Part shown: piece after piece, positions 19,892-29,758 of the stretch
Layout of the letters: the number at the start of each line of letters is the position of its first letter
Numbering within the stretch: the stretch's first letter is position 1
NCBI GenBank assembly: GCA_913775595.1
Contig: CAJYLB010000001.1
Coordinates: 124,001 to 188,000, forward strand
DNA: 64,000 bases
Direction: 5' to 3'
Source: an uncultured Aquiluna sp.
GTDB taxonomy: Bacteria > Actinomycetota > Actinomycetes > Actinomycetales > Microbacteriaceae
The notes under the pieces: model-generated
The model's input: only the letters and a program-made list of their open reading frames with translations
Told to the model about the DNA's origin: nothing
Database searches by the model: none
Program-made: the position numbers and the translations under genes

Positions 19892-21198
19892 GCATCGTCT
19901 TGCGGGTCATACTTGCACTCCTTCTGCCGGCCTTGGTTGTTGCGGGTTACATCGTCTTGCCCAAAGCGGAATCAGCGTCAATTGGTGCGAGTCCGCAAGA
20001 GTTCTCGGTCTCAGTGGACCCAAAGAATCTCCAAATTGTCTGTCCAGGATCGCTTGTTGAGGTCGGGGGTGAGGATGGCACCGAGCTCGGACTGATTGAG
20101 CGTGTTGGTGAGGCGAGCCTGAGGGTCAACACCTCAGACGGCGTTGCGGCCCCTCCCGCAACGCAAGGCTCAGCGCAATTCGAGGCATCAGGCAGTGAGC
20201 AGTCAACTGAATTGCTGGCCGCGATCCAAACCCAGGCCATCTCGAAGCCGCGTATTTCAGGCCTAGCGGCATCCTTTTGTGAGCAACCGACTACAGCTGG
20301 TTGGTTTATCTCTGGCGCAAGCGGGGTTGGCAATGAATCGGTTCTCCTTGCTGCCAATTGGAGCGATGTGGACACTCAGTTGATTGTTGAGATCCATAGC
20401 CCGGCTGGGCAAACTGTGGAGCGATTTGCCTTGGCCTCGGGCCAGGAGCGACTCATTAGCCTCGCTCCACTAACCGCGCTGGCAAATATCTATGCCGTTA
20501 GGGTCGAATCAACTGGACCCGCAGTCACCCTCGCGCTTCAAAATCGTTGGTCTCGGGGACTCACACCTCTAGGGGTCGATCTGACGAGCACAACGCAGCT
20601 CCCGCAGACTATTCACTGGATCCAGCCATTGACAATTCTTGCCGAGGGATATCAGGCGCCCAGGCTCCGGCTCTATGCCCCCGACGCTTCAGCCGAGGTG
20701 GTGGTGACAGCATTCGGCGGCGAGGGTCCTGAGCTATTCAGGGCCGTTGTGCCCGAGGCTGGGTTCTCTGAGCTTGACCTTGAGCTGAGGGAAGGCAGTT
20801 ATGTGCTCAAAATAGAGTCAACCAACCCGGTTTTGGCGGGGGTAAGAAACCCCGCACTAGATCCGCTCGATTATGCGTGGGTGTATCCGCAAGAGCTCTT
20901 CACTTCGCTCTCGATGCCGGTGCCCTCCTACGAATCCACTCTGCGGCTTGCAAACCCGGGAGCACTTGCCATAACCGTGACGGTTGTCACAACCACAAAC
21001 GATCGCCCCCGCTACCAAACATTGGAGCTCGGGGCATTCGAGTCGGCTGGGCTTTCAGTGAATGCGGACACGGTCTTGGTGCAGTCAGCCTCAGAGTTTC
21101 TAGCGGCAATAGAGGTCATCGATGGCTCTGGCTATGCAGTTATCGGACCGAGTGAAAACAAAAATCTCGGCGACGAAATGGTGGTTAGCGTCCGCTAG
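19888..21198 (+). CDS. Exported DUF5719-like protein
   Basis: N-terminal TM anchor, VCPG, WF..G..G..S.L motifs; usual neighbour of the whiB2-GT2 pair. Confidence 0.65.
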   Translation: MSIVLRVILALLLPALVVAGYIVLPKAESASIGASPQEFSVSVDPKNLQIVCPGSLVEVGGEDGTELGLIERVGEASLRVNTSDGVAAPPATQGSAQFEASGSEQSTELLAAIQTQAISKPRISGLAASFCEQPTTAGWFISGASGVGNESVLLAANWSDVDTQLIVEIHSPAGQTVERFALASGQERLISLAPLTALANIYAVRVESTGPAVTLALQNRWSRGLTPLGVDLTSTTQLPQTIHWIQPLTILAEGYQAPRLRLYAPDASAEVVVTAFGGEGPELFRAVVPEAGFSELDLELREGSYVLKIESTNPVLAGVRNPALDPLDYAWVYPQELFTSLSMPVPSYESTLRLANPGALAITVTVVTTTNDRPRYQTLELGAFESAGLSVNADTVLVQSASEFLAAIEVIDGSGYAVIGPSENKNLGDEMVVSVR

Positions 21199-21581
21199 TT
21201 TTCTGGGTGCACCAGTTCCCAAGGATCCTTGTCAATCAGCGATGCGGCAGCAGCCAATACTGCTTGCTCGATGTGGATCCGCGGATCGGGGATGCGCCTT
21301 TTTCCCAGGCGCTCGATAGGCAACCGGTAGAGGGTAATGGTCATGGTGGCTGGCCTCGTGCTATAGCGCTTCAAATTCTCACCCGGCTCTACTGGAGGCA
21401 CGTCTTCGATTCGGTAATTGAGATCTCCAAGTTCGCTGAATGTTTCCCGGAGGTATTCGCAAGTCTCAGAAACCACGGCATCGAAGAAGCTGGTTCTGGT
21501 CCCATGCTTGAAGAGCTTCGATGGCAGAGGCCTGCGCATGCCTCGACCGTGGCGGTCTCTCTTAGCTGGCCCCATCATCAT
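21195..21581 (-). CDS. Zincin-like (metallopeptidase family) protein
   Basis: RDRHGRGMR, IEDVPP, ITLYRLPIE, DPWEL; position before manB. Confidence 0.75.
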   Translation of the reverse strand: MMMGPAKRDRHGRGMRRPLPSKLFKHGTRTSFFDAVVSETCEYLRETFSELGDLNYRIEDVPPVEPGENLKRYSTRPATMTITLYRLPIERLGKRRIPDPRIHIEQAVLAAAASLIDKDPWELVHPEN

Positions 21582-21629
21582 GTTCGCATTGTATTCTTTT
21601 GAGGCTTAAGGCTAGGAAGATGACCAGGC

Positions 21630-23012
21630 TTGGATTTTGACAATTTCGTAAAGACCTATGACGTTCGAGGTCTTGTTAGAGATGAACTTACCCCCGAGTT
21701 GATCCAATGTTTTGGGGCAGGATTCGTTGACGAACTGGAGCTTGCCGGCAAGAGCCTGGTGGTCGGTCACGACATGCGGGACTCTTCTCCTGAATTTGCG
21801 GCTGCGTTTGCGCAGGGTGCCATGAAGCGCGGGGCATCAGTGGTCGAGATCGGGCTTTGCTCTACCGACATGACCTACTTCGCATCTGGCAGGCTTGACC
21901 TCCCGGCTGCAATGTTTACCGCCTCTCACAACCCCGCGACTTATAACGGAATCAAGTTCTCTAGGGCCGGCGCTCGCGGTATTAGCCTGGACACGGGGCT
22001 CGCTGGAATCCGAGATCGAGCCAAAAACTTCTTCGAAAAGGGCATCGCTGCAGTTTCTTCGCCGGGATCGTCCCACGAGCTCAGTGTCTTGGACGACTAC
22101 TCGGACTATCTCCATTCGCTTGTTGACCTAGCCGGAGTGAGAAAACTAAAGGTGGTTGTTGATGTGGCAAATGGCATGGGAGGTCTGACAGTTCCCGCCG
22201 TGCTTTCCAGGGTCGACCAGCTTGAAATCGTTCCGATGTATTTCGAACTGGACGGAACCTTCCCGAATCACGAGGCCAATCCCTTGGATGAAAAGAACCT
22301 TGTCGATCTCCAAAAGCGAGTCATCGCGGAAGGGGCCGATATTGGCCTTGCCTTCGACGGTGATGCTGACAGGTGTTTTGCGGTTGATGAGAAGGGCATG
22401 GCAGTCAGCCCGTCCGCGGTGGCGGCCATCGTCTCGCGACGGGAGGTCCAGAGGGTTTCCAGACTCGGAGAGAAGGACATTGTGGTGATACACAATGCCC
22501 TTACTTCAAGCTTTGTTGCCGAGACAATTGAGCAAGCTGGCGCTACGCCTCACAGGACAAAGGTTGGGCACTCTCTGATCAAAGACCAGATGGCTGCAAC
22601 CGGCGCGGTCTTTGGCGGAGAGCACTCAGCCCACTACTACTTCCGAGACTTCTGGGGTGCTGATAACGGAATGCTTGCGGCGATGCACCTAATCAGTGAG
22701 CTTGGTAACTCGCATGTGTCGACGAGCGAGCTTGCCAGAGCCAACACGCCCTATTTCTCATCCGGTGAAATCAACTCTCGAGTCGATGACAAACAAGCTG
22801 CTCTTGAACGAGTGAGAAACGCTCTTGAGTTCAACTCTGAAGAAAAATTTGATGGAACCACATTCCACGGAGAATCCGATGGTGGCTGGTGGTGGTGCAA
22901 CATTCGGCCCTCAAACACCGAACCATTGCTTAGACTAAACGTCGAATCAAATCACGAGGCCTTGATGATTGAGATTCGAGACAAAGCAATCTCTCAAATC
23001 CGAAACACTTAG
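21630..23012 (+). CDS. manB: Phosphomannomutase/phosphoglucomutase
   Basis: YDVRG, TASHNP, FDGDADR, GEHSAH, RPSNTEP. Confidence 0.93.
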   Translation: MDFDNFVKTYDVRGLVRDELTPELIQCFGAGFVDELELAGKSLVVGHDMRDSSPEFAAAFAQGAMKRGASVVEIGLCSTDMTYFASGRLDLPAAMFTASHNPATYNGIKFSRAGARGISLDTGLAGIRDRAKNFFEKGIAAVSSPGSSHELSVLDDYSDYLHSLVDLAGVRKLKVVVDVANGMGGLTVPAVLSRVDQLEIVPMYFELDGTFPNHEANPLDEKNLVDLQKRVIAEGADIGLAFDGDADRCFAVDEKGMAVSPSAVAAIVSRREVQRVSRLGEKDIVVIHNALTSSFVAETIEQAGATPHRTKVGHSLIKDQMAATGAVFGGEHSAHYYFRDFWGADNGMLAAMHLISELGNSHVSTSELARANTPYFSSGEINSRVDDKQAALERVRNALEFNSEEKFDGTTFHGESDGGWWWCNIRPSNTEPLLRLNVESNHEALMIEIRDKAISQIRNT

Positions 23013-23035
23013 TTTCGACACGAAAGGCCTCATCT

Positions 23036-24490
23036 ATGAGCAGAACTCTTACCGAGCAAGAGTTCCGGGTAGCGGACTTATCTCTTGCCGAGTACGGCAG
23101 AAATCAGATCAGACTGGCAGAGGCGGAAATGCCTGGCCTGATGGCTCTTCGCGAAGAGTTCGGATCGCAGCAGCCACTTCGTGGAGCTCGGATTGCAGGC
23201 TCTTTGCACATGACCATTCAAACTGCGGTTCTCATCGAGACTTTGGTTGCACTCGGTGCCTCGGTTAGGTGGGCCAGCTGCAACATCTTCTCCACCCAGG
23301 ACGAGGCTGCTGCGGCTGTAGTGGTTGGCGATGGAACGCCGGAAAACCCGTCGGGAACTCCTGTGTTTGCCTGGAAAGGCGAGAGCCTAGAGGAATATTG
23401 GTGGTGTACAGAGCGGATCTTTGACTTTTCCTCAGAAGGCTCAGAGGGCCCAAATCTCATCTTGGATGACGGTGGAGATGCGACCCTCTTGGTGCACAAG
23501 GGTGTTGAGTTTGAGGCAGCAGGCAATGTTCCCGAGCCTACGGCTGACGACTCTGACGAGTATCGGGTCGTACTTAGCCTGTTGAGGCAGAGCTTGGAGC
23601 GTGACCAGAAGTACTTCACTCGCATCACGAATGAGATCAGGGGAGTCTCGGAAGAGACCACTACAGGTGTTCACAGGCTGTATGAATTTCACAAAAACGG
23701 AAAACTGTTGTTTCCTGCCATCAACGTGAATGATGCCGTTACAAAGAGCAAGTTTGACAACAAGTACGGCATTCGCCACTCGCTGGTAGATGGCATCAAT
23801 AGAGCTACAGATGTTCTCATGGGTGGCAAGGTGGCATTTGTTGCCGGCTACGGAGACGTTGGGAAGGGTTCCGCAGAAGCCCTCAGAGGTCAGGGCGCAC
23901 GGGTCATCATTAGCGAGGTTGACCCAATTTGTGCGCTGCAGGCTGCAATGGATGGCTACCAGGTAGCGCGTCTTGAGTCTGTCATTGACCAGGTAGACAT
24001 CTTTGTTACCTCGACCGGAAACGAAAACATAATCCGTGCCGAGCACGTCCTCCAAATGAAGAACCTTGCAATTCTTGCCAACGTTGGGCACTTCGACAAC
24101 GAGATTGACATGGCGGGCATTGCCAAGATTCCCGGGATCGAAAAACTTGAGATCAAGCCTCAGGTTCACGAGTGGAAGCTGCCAAATGGCCACTCAATCT
24201 TGATTCTCTCTGAGGGTCGACTCATGAACCTCGGAAATGCCACGGGACACCCGAGCTTCGTAATGTCCACATCTTTCTCAAACCAGGTTCTAGCTCAAAT
24301 CGAGCTTCATCAAAATCTGGATAGCTACCCCCTCGGCGTCCACATCATGCCTAAGGAGCTGGATGAGAAGGTTGCCAGGTTGCATCTTGATGCGTTAGGT
24401 GTTGAACTAACCTCGCTAAGCGACCGTCAGGCCCGCTACATTGGTGTTGACGTAGCTGGACCTTACAAGGTGGACCACTACCGCTACTAA
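23036..24490 (+). CDS. ahcY: Adenosylhomocysteinase
   Basis: [41 protein letters not shown]. Confidence 0.98.
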   Translation: MSRTLTEQEFRVADLSLAEYGRNQIRLAEAEMPGLMALREEFGSQQPLRGARIAGSLHMTIQTAVLIETLVALGASVRWASCNIFSTQDEAAAAVVVGDGTPENPSGTPVFAWKGESLEEYWWCTERIFDFSSEGSEGPNLILDDGGDATLLVHKGVEFEAAGNVPEPTADDSDEYRVVLSLLRQSLERDQKYFTRITNEIRGVSEETTTGVHRLYEFHKNGKLLFPAINVNDAVTKSKFDNKYGIRHSLVDGINRATDVLMGGKVAFVAGYGDVGKGSAEALRGQGARVIISEVDPICALQAAMDGYQVARLESVIDQVDIFVTSTGNENIIRAEHVLQMKNLAILANVGHFDNEIDMAGIAKIPGIEKLEIKPQVHEWKLPNGHSILILSEGRLMNLGNATGHPSFVMSTSFSNQVLAQIELHQNLDSYPLGVHIMPKELDEKVARLHLDALGVELTSLSDRQARYIGVDVAGPYKVDHYRY

Positions 24491-24503
24491 CAAGGAGGGC
24501 GCA

Positions 24504-25184
24504 GTGACTCACAAGATCCTCGTTGTTGACGATGATGATGCACTTCGCGAGATGGTCGGTCTCGTTCTCTCCTCGAGCGGTTACCAACCACTGTTTGCTG
24601 GCGAAGGGCTCTCAGCCGTAGAGATCTTCAAGCAGAGCCTGCCCGACCTTGTCTTGCTTGACATAATGCTCCCCGGGCAGAGCGGCATTGAGGTATGCAA
24701 CCAAATTAGGGCGGTGTCTGGGGTTCCGATCATCATGCTCACCGCCAAGGGCGACACCGAGGACGTTGTCCTAGGGCTAGAGGCCGGGGCCGATGACTAT
24801 GTGGTAAAGCCACATAACGGTGCGGAGCTGGTGGCGAGAGTCCGTGCTCGACTCAGGCCTCTCACCGATGACGCTGCTGTCGTGGCAATCGGGCCTCTCA
24901 CCCTTGATCCAAAGACCTTTGAGGTCAAGCGCGGCGAATCACCTGTGTCGCTAACCCCGCTCGAGTTCAAGCTGCTTCACACGCTTGCGGCAAAGCCGCA
25001 GCAGGTGTTCAGTCGTGAGATGCTGCTTGAGCAGGTCTGGGGCTATCAGTACAAGGCGGATACCAGGCTTGTGAACGTTCACGTCCAGCGCCTTCGTTCA
25101 AAGGTCGAAGACGATCCAGAGAACCCGAAGATAGTCATGACAGTGCGCGGTCACGGTTACCGCGCTGGCTCCGATTCTCAGTGA
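24504..25184 (+). CDS. mtrA: OmpR-family response regulator MtrA
   Basis: VWGYQYKADTRLVNVHVQRLRSKVE; followed by mtrB-lpqB. Confidence 0.95.
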   Translation: MTHKILVVDDDDALREMVGLVLSSSGYQPLFAGEGLSAVEIFKQSLPDLVLLDIMLPGQSGIEVCNQIRAVSGVPIIMLTAKGDTEDVVLGLEAGADDYVVKPHNGAELVARVRARLRPLTDDAAVVAIGPLTLDPKTFEVKRGESPVSLTPLEFKLLHTLAAKPQQVFSREMLLEQVWGYQYKADTRLVNVHVQRLRSKVEDDPENPKIVMTVRGHGYRAGSDSQ

Positions 25185-26722
25185 CCTCGCTGCTTAGAAG
25201 ATCTCTCACCGCTAGAACTGTCCTGGTGACGGTGTTGCTAGCCACGCTTTCGGTTATCGCTATTGGTGGCTTTCTCAGTTACTCGCTAGCTAACAGCTTT
25301 TACCAAAACAGGCTCTCTCAGGTTCTGGGGGAGACCGAGCGTGCCGTCTCTTCGGTACAGACCACAGTCGCAGCTGCCTCCCTCAATGATGAGACAGCTT
25401 TACAAAACCTGTTGAACTCGATTGTTCCAAGCCTCGAGATTGCCGGAGGATCCAGCACTAGGCAGGTGGCCCTGCTGAGATCCCCTGACCAGCCTCAGCT
25501 TCAGCTATTCCAGTCACCTATCTCTCAAGATCTGGATCTTGCTTCGATTCCGGAGGACCTTAGAAGCGAAGTTCAGGTGAGTGCCGGTTCCCTCACCTAC
25601 ACCCCCGTTCAGCTCGTCAGAGATGGGCTTGCGGTGCCCGGTATCACTGTGGGAGCAAACCTTACAATCCCAGTCGCAGGTAACTTCGAGCTCTACCTTG
25701 TTTTTGATCTTTCAGCCGAGCAGCAAGCTCTTGAGCTTGTTCAGAACGCACTTGCCGCTGGCGGCATTGTGCTGATTCTTCTCATCTCCGGGGTTAGTTA
25801 TCTCGTAACACGAAGACTTGTGGGACCAGTGGAGAGGGCGGCAGCCGCAGCGCAAAGCATCTCGGAGGGAAAGCTGGACGAGCGGCTCGCAGAGCGCGGC
25901 GAAGATGTGATGGCTGTCCTAGCCAAGTCCTTCAACAAGATGGCGGGTTCCCTGCAACAGCAGATTGAGCAGCTCGACTCGCTCTCAAGAATGCAGCGGA
26001 GGTTTGTTTCTGACGTTTCCCACGAACTAAGAACTCCGCTTACGACTATCAAGCTCGCCGGCGAGGTGATCTTTGGCAATCGAGCGAAGCTCGATCCTGC
26101 ACTCACTCGCTCTGCCGAGCTGCTTCAGGATCAAATCGATCGATTTGAAAAGCTCCTTGGGGACCTGCTTGAAATTTCGCGATATGACGCGGGAGCTGTG
26201 GTTGCGGATTTTGAGTCTCACGACCTAAACGCGGTGGTGGGAGCGGCAATCGAATCCATCGAGCCCCTTGCGAGGAGCAAGGGTTGCGAAATAAACGTCG
26301 AGCTTCCGGGGAAGCCTGCAGTGGCTGAACTCGATGCAAAGCGCATCGAGAGACTGCTAAGAAACCTGCTCTCCAATGCCATTGAGCACGGAGAGTCGAA
26401 GCCGATACATGTGCAGGTGGGTGAGAACTCACAGGCAGTTGCAGTCTGCGTCTCGGATAATGGCGTTGGTATGAGTAGAGCACAGCTGGAGCGCGTATTT
26501 GACAGATTTTGGAGGGCCGATCCGGCCCGCCAGCGCTCAGTTGGCGGTACTGGACTCGGGCTTGCCATTGCTAGGGAGGATTCCGCCCTGCACCGTGGCT
26601 GGTTGCAGGTCTGGTCCAAACCAAAGCGCGGCACCAGCTTCCGGCTTACCCTTCCAAAGCAGCGCGATTCTGTAATAGCTAACTCGCCCCTGCCCCTTCC
26701 ACCAAGGTCAATGGAGGCATGA
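25181..26722 (+). CDS. mtrB: Sensor histidine kinase MtrB
   Basis: HAMP domain, FVSDVSHELRTPL, FWRADPAR, GGTGLGL. Confidence 0.93.
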   Translation: MTSLLRRSLTARTVLVTVLLATLSVIAIGGFLSYSLANSFYQNRLSQVLGETERAVSSVQTTVAAASLNDETALQNLLNSIVPSLEIAGGSSTRQVALLRSPDQPQLQLFQSPISQDLDLASIPEDLRSEVQVSAGSLTYTPVQLVRDGLAVPGITVGANLTIPVAGNFELYLVFDLSAEQQALELVQNALAAGGIVLILLISGVSYLVTRRLVGPVERAAAAAQSISEGKLDERLAERGEDVMAVLAKSFNKMAGSLQQQIEQLDSLSRMQRRFVSDVSHELRTPLTTIKLAGEVIFGNRAKLDPALTRSAELLQDQIDRFEKLLGDLLEISRYDAGAVVADFESHDLNAVVGAAIESIEPLARSKGCEINVELPGKPAVAELDAKRIERLLRNLLSNAIEHGESKPIHVQVGENSQAVAVCVSDNGVGMSRAQLERVFDRFWRADPARQRSVGGTGLGLAIAREDSALHRGWLQVWSKPKRGTSFRLTLPKQRDSVIANSPLPLPPRSMEA

Positions 26723-28368
26723 TGCGCAGACTTATCGCACTTCTAGCGACCTTGGTGCTTTCAGGTTGCGCAACCCTTCCGACAGAGATCGATGTCCAGC
26801 AGGGACCTGAGTTGATTCCGGTCGAGCAGCAGGAGTTCTCCTACTACTCACCTGCCTCTCCCGATGAGGGCGCATCACCGCAGGAGATTGTCTCTGGGTT
26901 CCTTGCTGCTGGAACGGGTCCGCAAAATGATTACGCAGTTGCCAGGGAGTACCTCTCAGAGAACTTCGCAACCAGGTGGAAGCCTGACGCCCAAACTTTG
27001 ATTCGTGTAGGCGTTCCGATCTACCAGTCCGCGGGTGAGACCTTGCAGGTGGTGGACATCACACTTGGCGCGAGGGTTGATGAGAATGGAATCTATGAGG
27101 ATCTAGAACCGGATCAGTTGAGCCTGAGGTTTCAGTTGGCTCAAGAAGATGGTGAGTGGCGAATTACGAGTGCCCCGAATCTCACCGTAGTCACCCTGCC
27201 TGTTTTCTCTGTTGTGTTTAGCGCGTTGCCGATCTATTTCTTGGATACCAACAGCACGCAGCTTGTGCCAGATTTACGTTGGTTCCCCTCGAGGGCTTCC
27301 ACCGCGACAAGGCTCGTGAATGCAGTTCTAGCGGGCCCGGCGGAATGGCTCAGGGAGTCAGTGGTATCTGCCATTCCGACCGGAACCGCGTTGACAGTGA
27401 ACGCAGTCCGCATTCTGGAGGGCGTGGCACGGGTCGACTTTGACGCCAATGCCCTTGAGGCGAACGCCCGTCAGCGTGGCCTCATGCTTGCTCAGCTACG
27501 CTCCACGCTCTTGCAGCTACCTGGGGTGCTTGATGTTGACCTCTCGGTCAACAACTCGACTCAAGAAATAGCAGCTGCGGCAATACCCTCTTCCCTTGGA
27601 TCGACCACTACCTTCGCACTCAGTGCCGAGGAGGTGCTCCGACTGTCAGGCTCAGAGGCAGGCGTCGTGGCTGGCACCGATGATTCGATAGCCGAGCTAG
27701 AGCCCGCTAGGTTCGCATCCGTTGGTGATGGGTCGAACATTGCATTGGCCGGCGAGACTGGGCTCTATCGACTCAGCAGGCAAGGCCTCGGTTATGCCCA
27801 ACAACAGCTTTCGGACGCAGCATACGTAGACGTTGAGTTTGACCGGGAGGGTAACCTTTGGGCTTACGGCGCGAGTGCTGGGTCGGTGACGACATACGAC
27901 GGATCAGATGCCCCAAGATTCCTGGACACCGGCCTAGACGGTGTTTTGGTGGCGGCAGCGGTTTCGCCTGAAGGAGCTCGACTGGCACTAACGGTTATAG
28001 AGGGCGATGAAACTTCGATCTACGTCGTTGGTGTCCTCAGGGATTCGACCGGAAAGCCCTTCCGGCTTCAACCTGGGCTCCAACTGAACCCAGTGCTGGG
28101 AGATGCCATCTCCGTTGCATGGCAGGGGCGAAGCAGCCTGCGAGTGCTCGAAAAAACCGCATCGGGTCTCACTGCCTTGAGTGAATATCCGCTTACTGGA
28201 CCTAGGGAACAGCTCAATATGCCACCCGCAATAGGGCAGAAACTTGAGAGCGGCTCAACGTTGATCACTAGTTACCTGCTCACTGAAACTGGTGAGGTGT
28301 GGGCCTTTAGTTCAAATGCCTGGCGAAGGGTTAGCACGCAGGTGCTGGACATCTCCACAGGTCGCTAG
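26719..28368 (+). CDS. lpqB: Lipoprotein LpqB (GerMN + beta-propeller)
   Basis: Lipobox LSGC, LVPDLRWF, operon position after mtrB. Confidence 0.9.
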   Translation: MMRRLIALLATLVLSGCATLPTEIDVQQGPELIPVEQQEFSYYSPASPDEGASPQEIVSGFLAAGTGPQNDYAVAREYLSENFATRWKPDAQTLIRVGVPIYQSAGETLQVVDITLGARVDENGIYEDLEPDQLSLRFQLAQEDGEWRITSAPNLTVVTLPVFSVVFSALPIYFLDTNSTQLVPDLRWFPSRASTATRLVNAVLAGPAEWLRESVVSAIPTGTALTVNAVRILEGVARVDFDANALEANARQRGLMLAQLRSTLLQLPGVLDVDLSVNNSTQEIAAAAIPSSLGSTTTFALSAEEVLRLSGSEAGVVAGTDDSIAELEPARFASVGDGSNIALAGETGLYRLSRQGLGYAQQQLSDAAYVDVEFDREGNLWAYGASAGSVTTYDGSDAPRFLDTGLDGVLVAAAVSPEGARLALTVIEGDETSIYVVGVLRDSTGKPFRLQPGLQLNPVLGDAISVAWQGRSSLRVLEKTASGLTALSEYPLTGPREQLNMPPAIGQKLESGSTLITSYLLTETGEVWAFSSNAWRRVSTQVLDISTGR

Positions 28369-28436
28369 CGGCATCTTTCTCACCAGTTTGAATCGGTGCT
28401 GTACCAATGAGACACCGCGCGAGTAAGACTCCATAG

Positions 28437-29030
28437 GTGTCTGCACTTTTAGATTTCCTCTTTCCGACTAGCTGCGTTGTGTGTGGGAAACCCCCAAGTC
28501 TCGTATGTGCAGCATGCCTACCAAGTCAGACGCCTCAAAGTGAAGAGTTGTCAGGCTACACGCTCAATTACGCTCTCGATTTAGACGGTGCAGCTGAGTT
28601 GCTGATCACCGGCTACAAAGACCAAATGAAGCTGGCTCTCGCGCGCACACTGGCGCGCAACCTGGACGCTGCTGCCGGACAGCTGGAGGAGATTCCCGGG
28701 ATCTTGGTTTTTCCTCCATCATCAAGAGCAAATTTTGCAAGGCGGGGCTTCAACCCCGTCGAACTCGTCTGCAAGAAAAGTTTGGTCCTGCAAAAGGTTG
28801 AGGTCATGCCGGTCAAAAGAAAGAAGCAAACTCTGGATCAAAGATCACTAGCGGCAGCGGAACGTCGGGAGAACTTGTTGGGGGCTTTTGAGATTCAACC
28901 CGGCAGGGGAGATGCCTTGATTGTTGATGATGTCGTCACAACGGGCGCAACGGTACTGGCGTTAGCAAGTGCGCTTGAGCAAGCCGGGTACAAAGTCGGT
29001 GGAATCTGTGCAATTGCTAGGAGAAATTAA
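28437..29030 (+). CDS. comF: ComF family phosphoribosyltransferase-like protein
   Basis: CVVC..CAAC, RGFNP, IVDDVVTTGAT. Confidence 0.85.
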   Translation: MSALLDFLFPTSCVVCGKPPSLVCAACLPSQTPQSEELSGYTLNYALDLDGAAELLITGYKDQMKLALARTLARNLDAAAGQLEEIPGILVFPPSSRANFARRGFNPVELVCKKSLVLQKVEVMPVKRKKQTLDQRSLAAAERRENLLGAFEIQPGRGDALIVDDVVTTGATVLALASALEQAGYKVGGICAIARRN

Positions 29031-29101
29031 TCTAGCCAGACTTTGGACACAAAAAAGGCGTAGTTTGTAGGTAGGCAACGTTGCCTGTATTGGAGGTAAT
29101 C

Positions 29102-29713
29102 ATGGAACTAAGAATCACAGCCAAAAACCTCACAGTATCGGACCGGTTTCGAGATTATGTCTCCGAAAAGTCCGGCAAGGTGGAGCAGTTCGCTCACCGC
29201 CCTCAAGAGCTAAACATCAAGGTCACAAGACATGACCACTCAAAACACTCCGGCCAAGAGGATCAGGTGGAGCTCACCGTTTACGAACCTGGCCACGTAG
29301 TTCGCGCCGAGGCGAAATCCAATGACAAGTTTTCTGCCTTTGACATTGCATTCGGGAAACTAATGGAGAGACTTCGTCGCTATGCGGACAAGCATAAGGT
29401 TCACAGGGGTGGTCGCCACAAGAACATTGGGACGAGTGAGCTAACTGCCTCTGATTTTGCCGCTCTAGATGTAACCCCAATCGATCACGACAAGCTCACG
29501 GGCGAGATCCCGATTGTGTCTGAGGAGCCGGACCAGTTAGTCATTAGGTCGAAGGAGTTTGAGCGAGTGCCAATGACCCAGCAAGATGCCGTGGACCACA
29601 TGGAGTTGGTAGGTCATGACTTCTACCTGTTTCATGATTCCGAGACGGGTAAAGATTCGGTGGTCTACAGGCGCAAGGGCTACAGCTACGGGGTAATCAG
29701 CCTCACCAGCTAG
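29102..29713 (+). CDS. hpf: Ribosome hibernation promoting factor (long HPF)
   Basis: S30AE-like N-terminus, MELVGHDFYLF, VVYRRKG.YG; GGAGGT RBS before ATG 29102. Confidence 0.92.
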   Translation: MELRITAKNLTVSDRFRDYVSEKSGKVEQFAHRPQELNIKVTRHDHSKHSGQEDQVELTVYEPGHVVRAEAKSNDKFSAFDIAFGKLMERLRRYADKHKVHRGGRHKNIGTSELTASDFAALDVTPIDHDKLTGEIPIVSEEPDQLVIRSKEFERVPMTQQDAVDHMELVGHDFYLFHDSETGKDSVVYRRKGYSYGVISLTS

Positions 29714-29758
29714 AAAATGCCCCGTTAGAATTGCACGGGTCTTACTTAGGAGCTTTAT

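Noticed and set aside
23218..24193. Minus-strand ORFs of 147 and 250 aa
   Set aside because: Antisense shadows of ahcY
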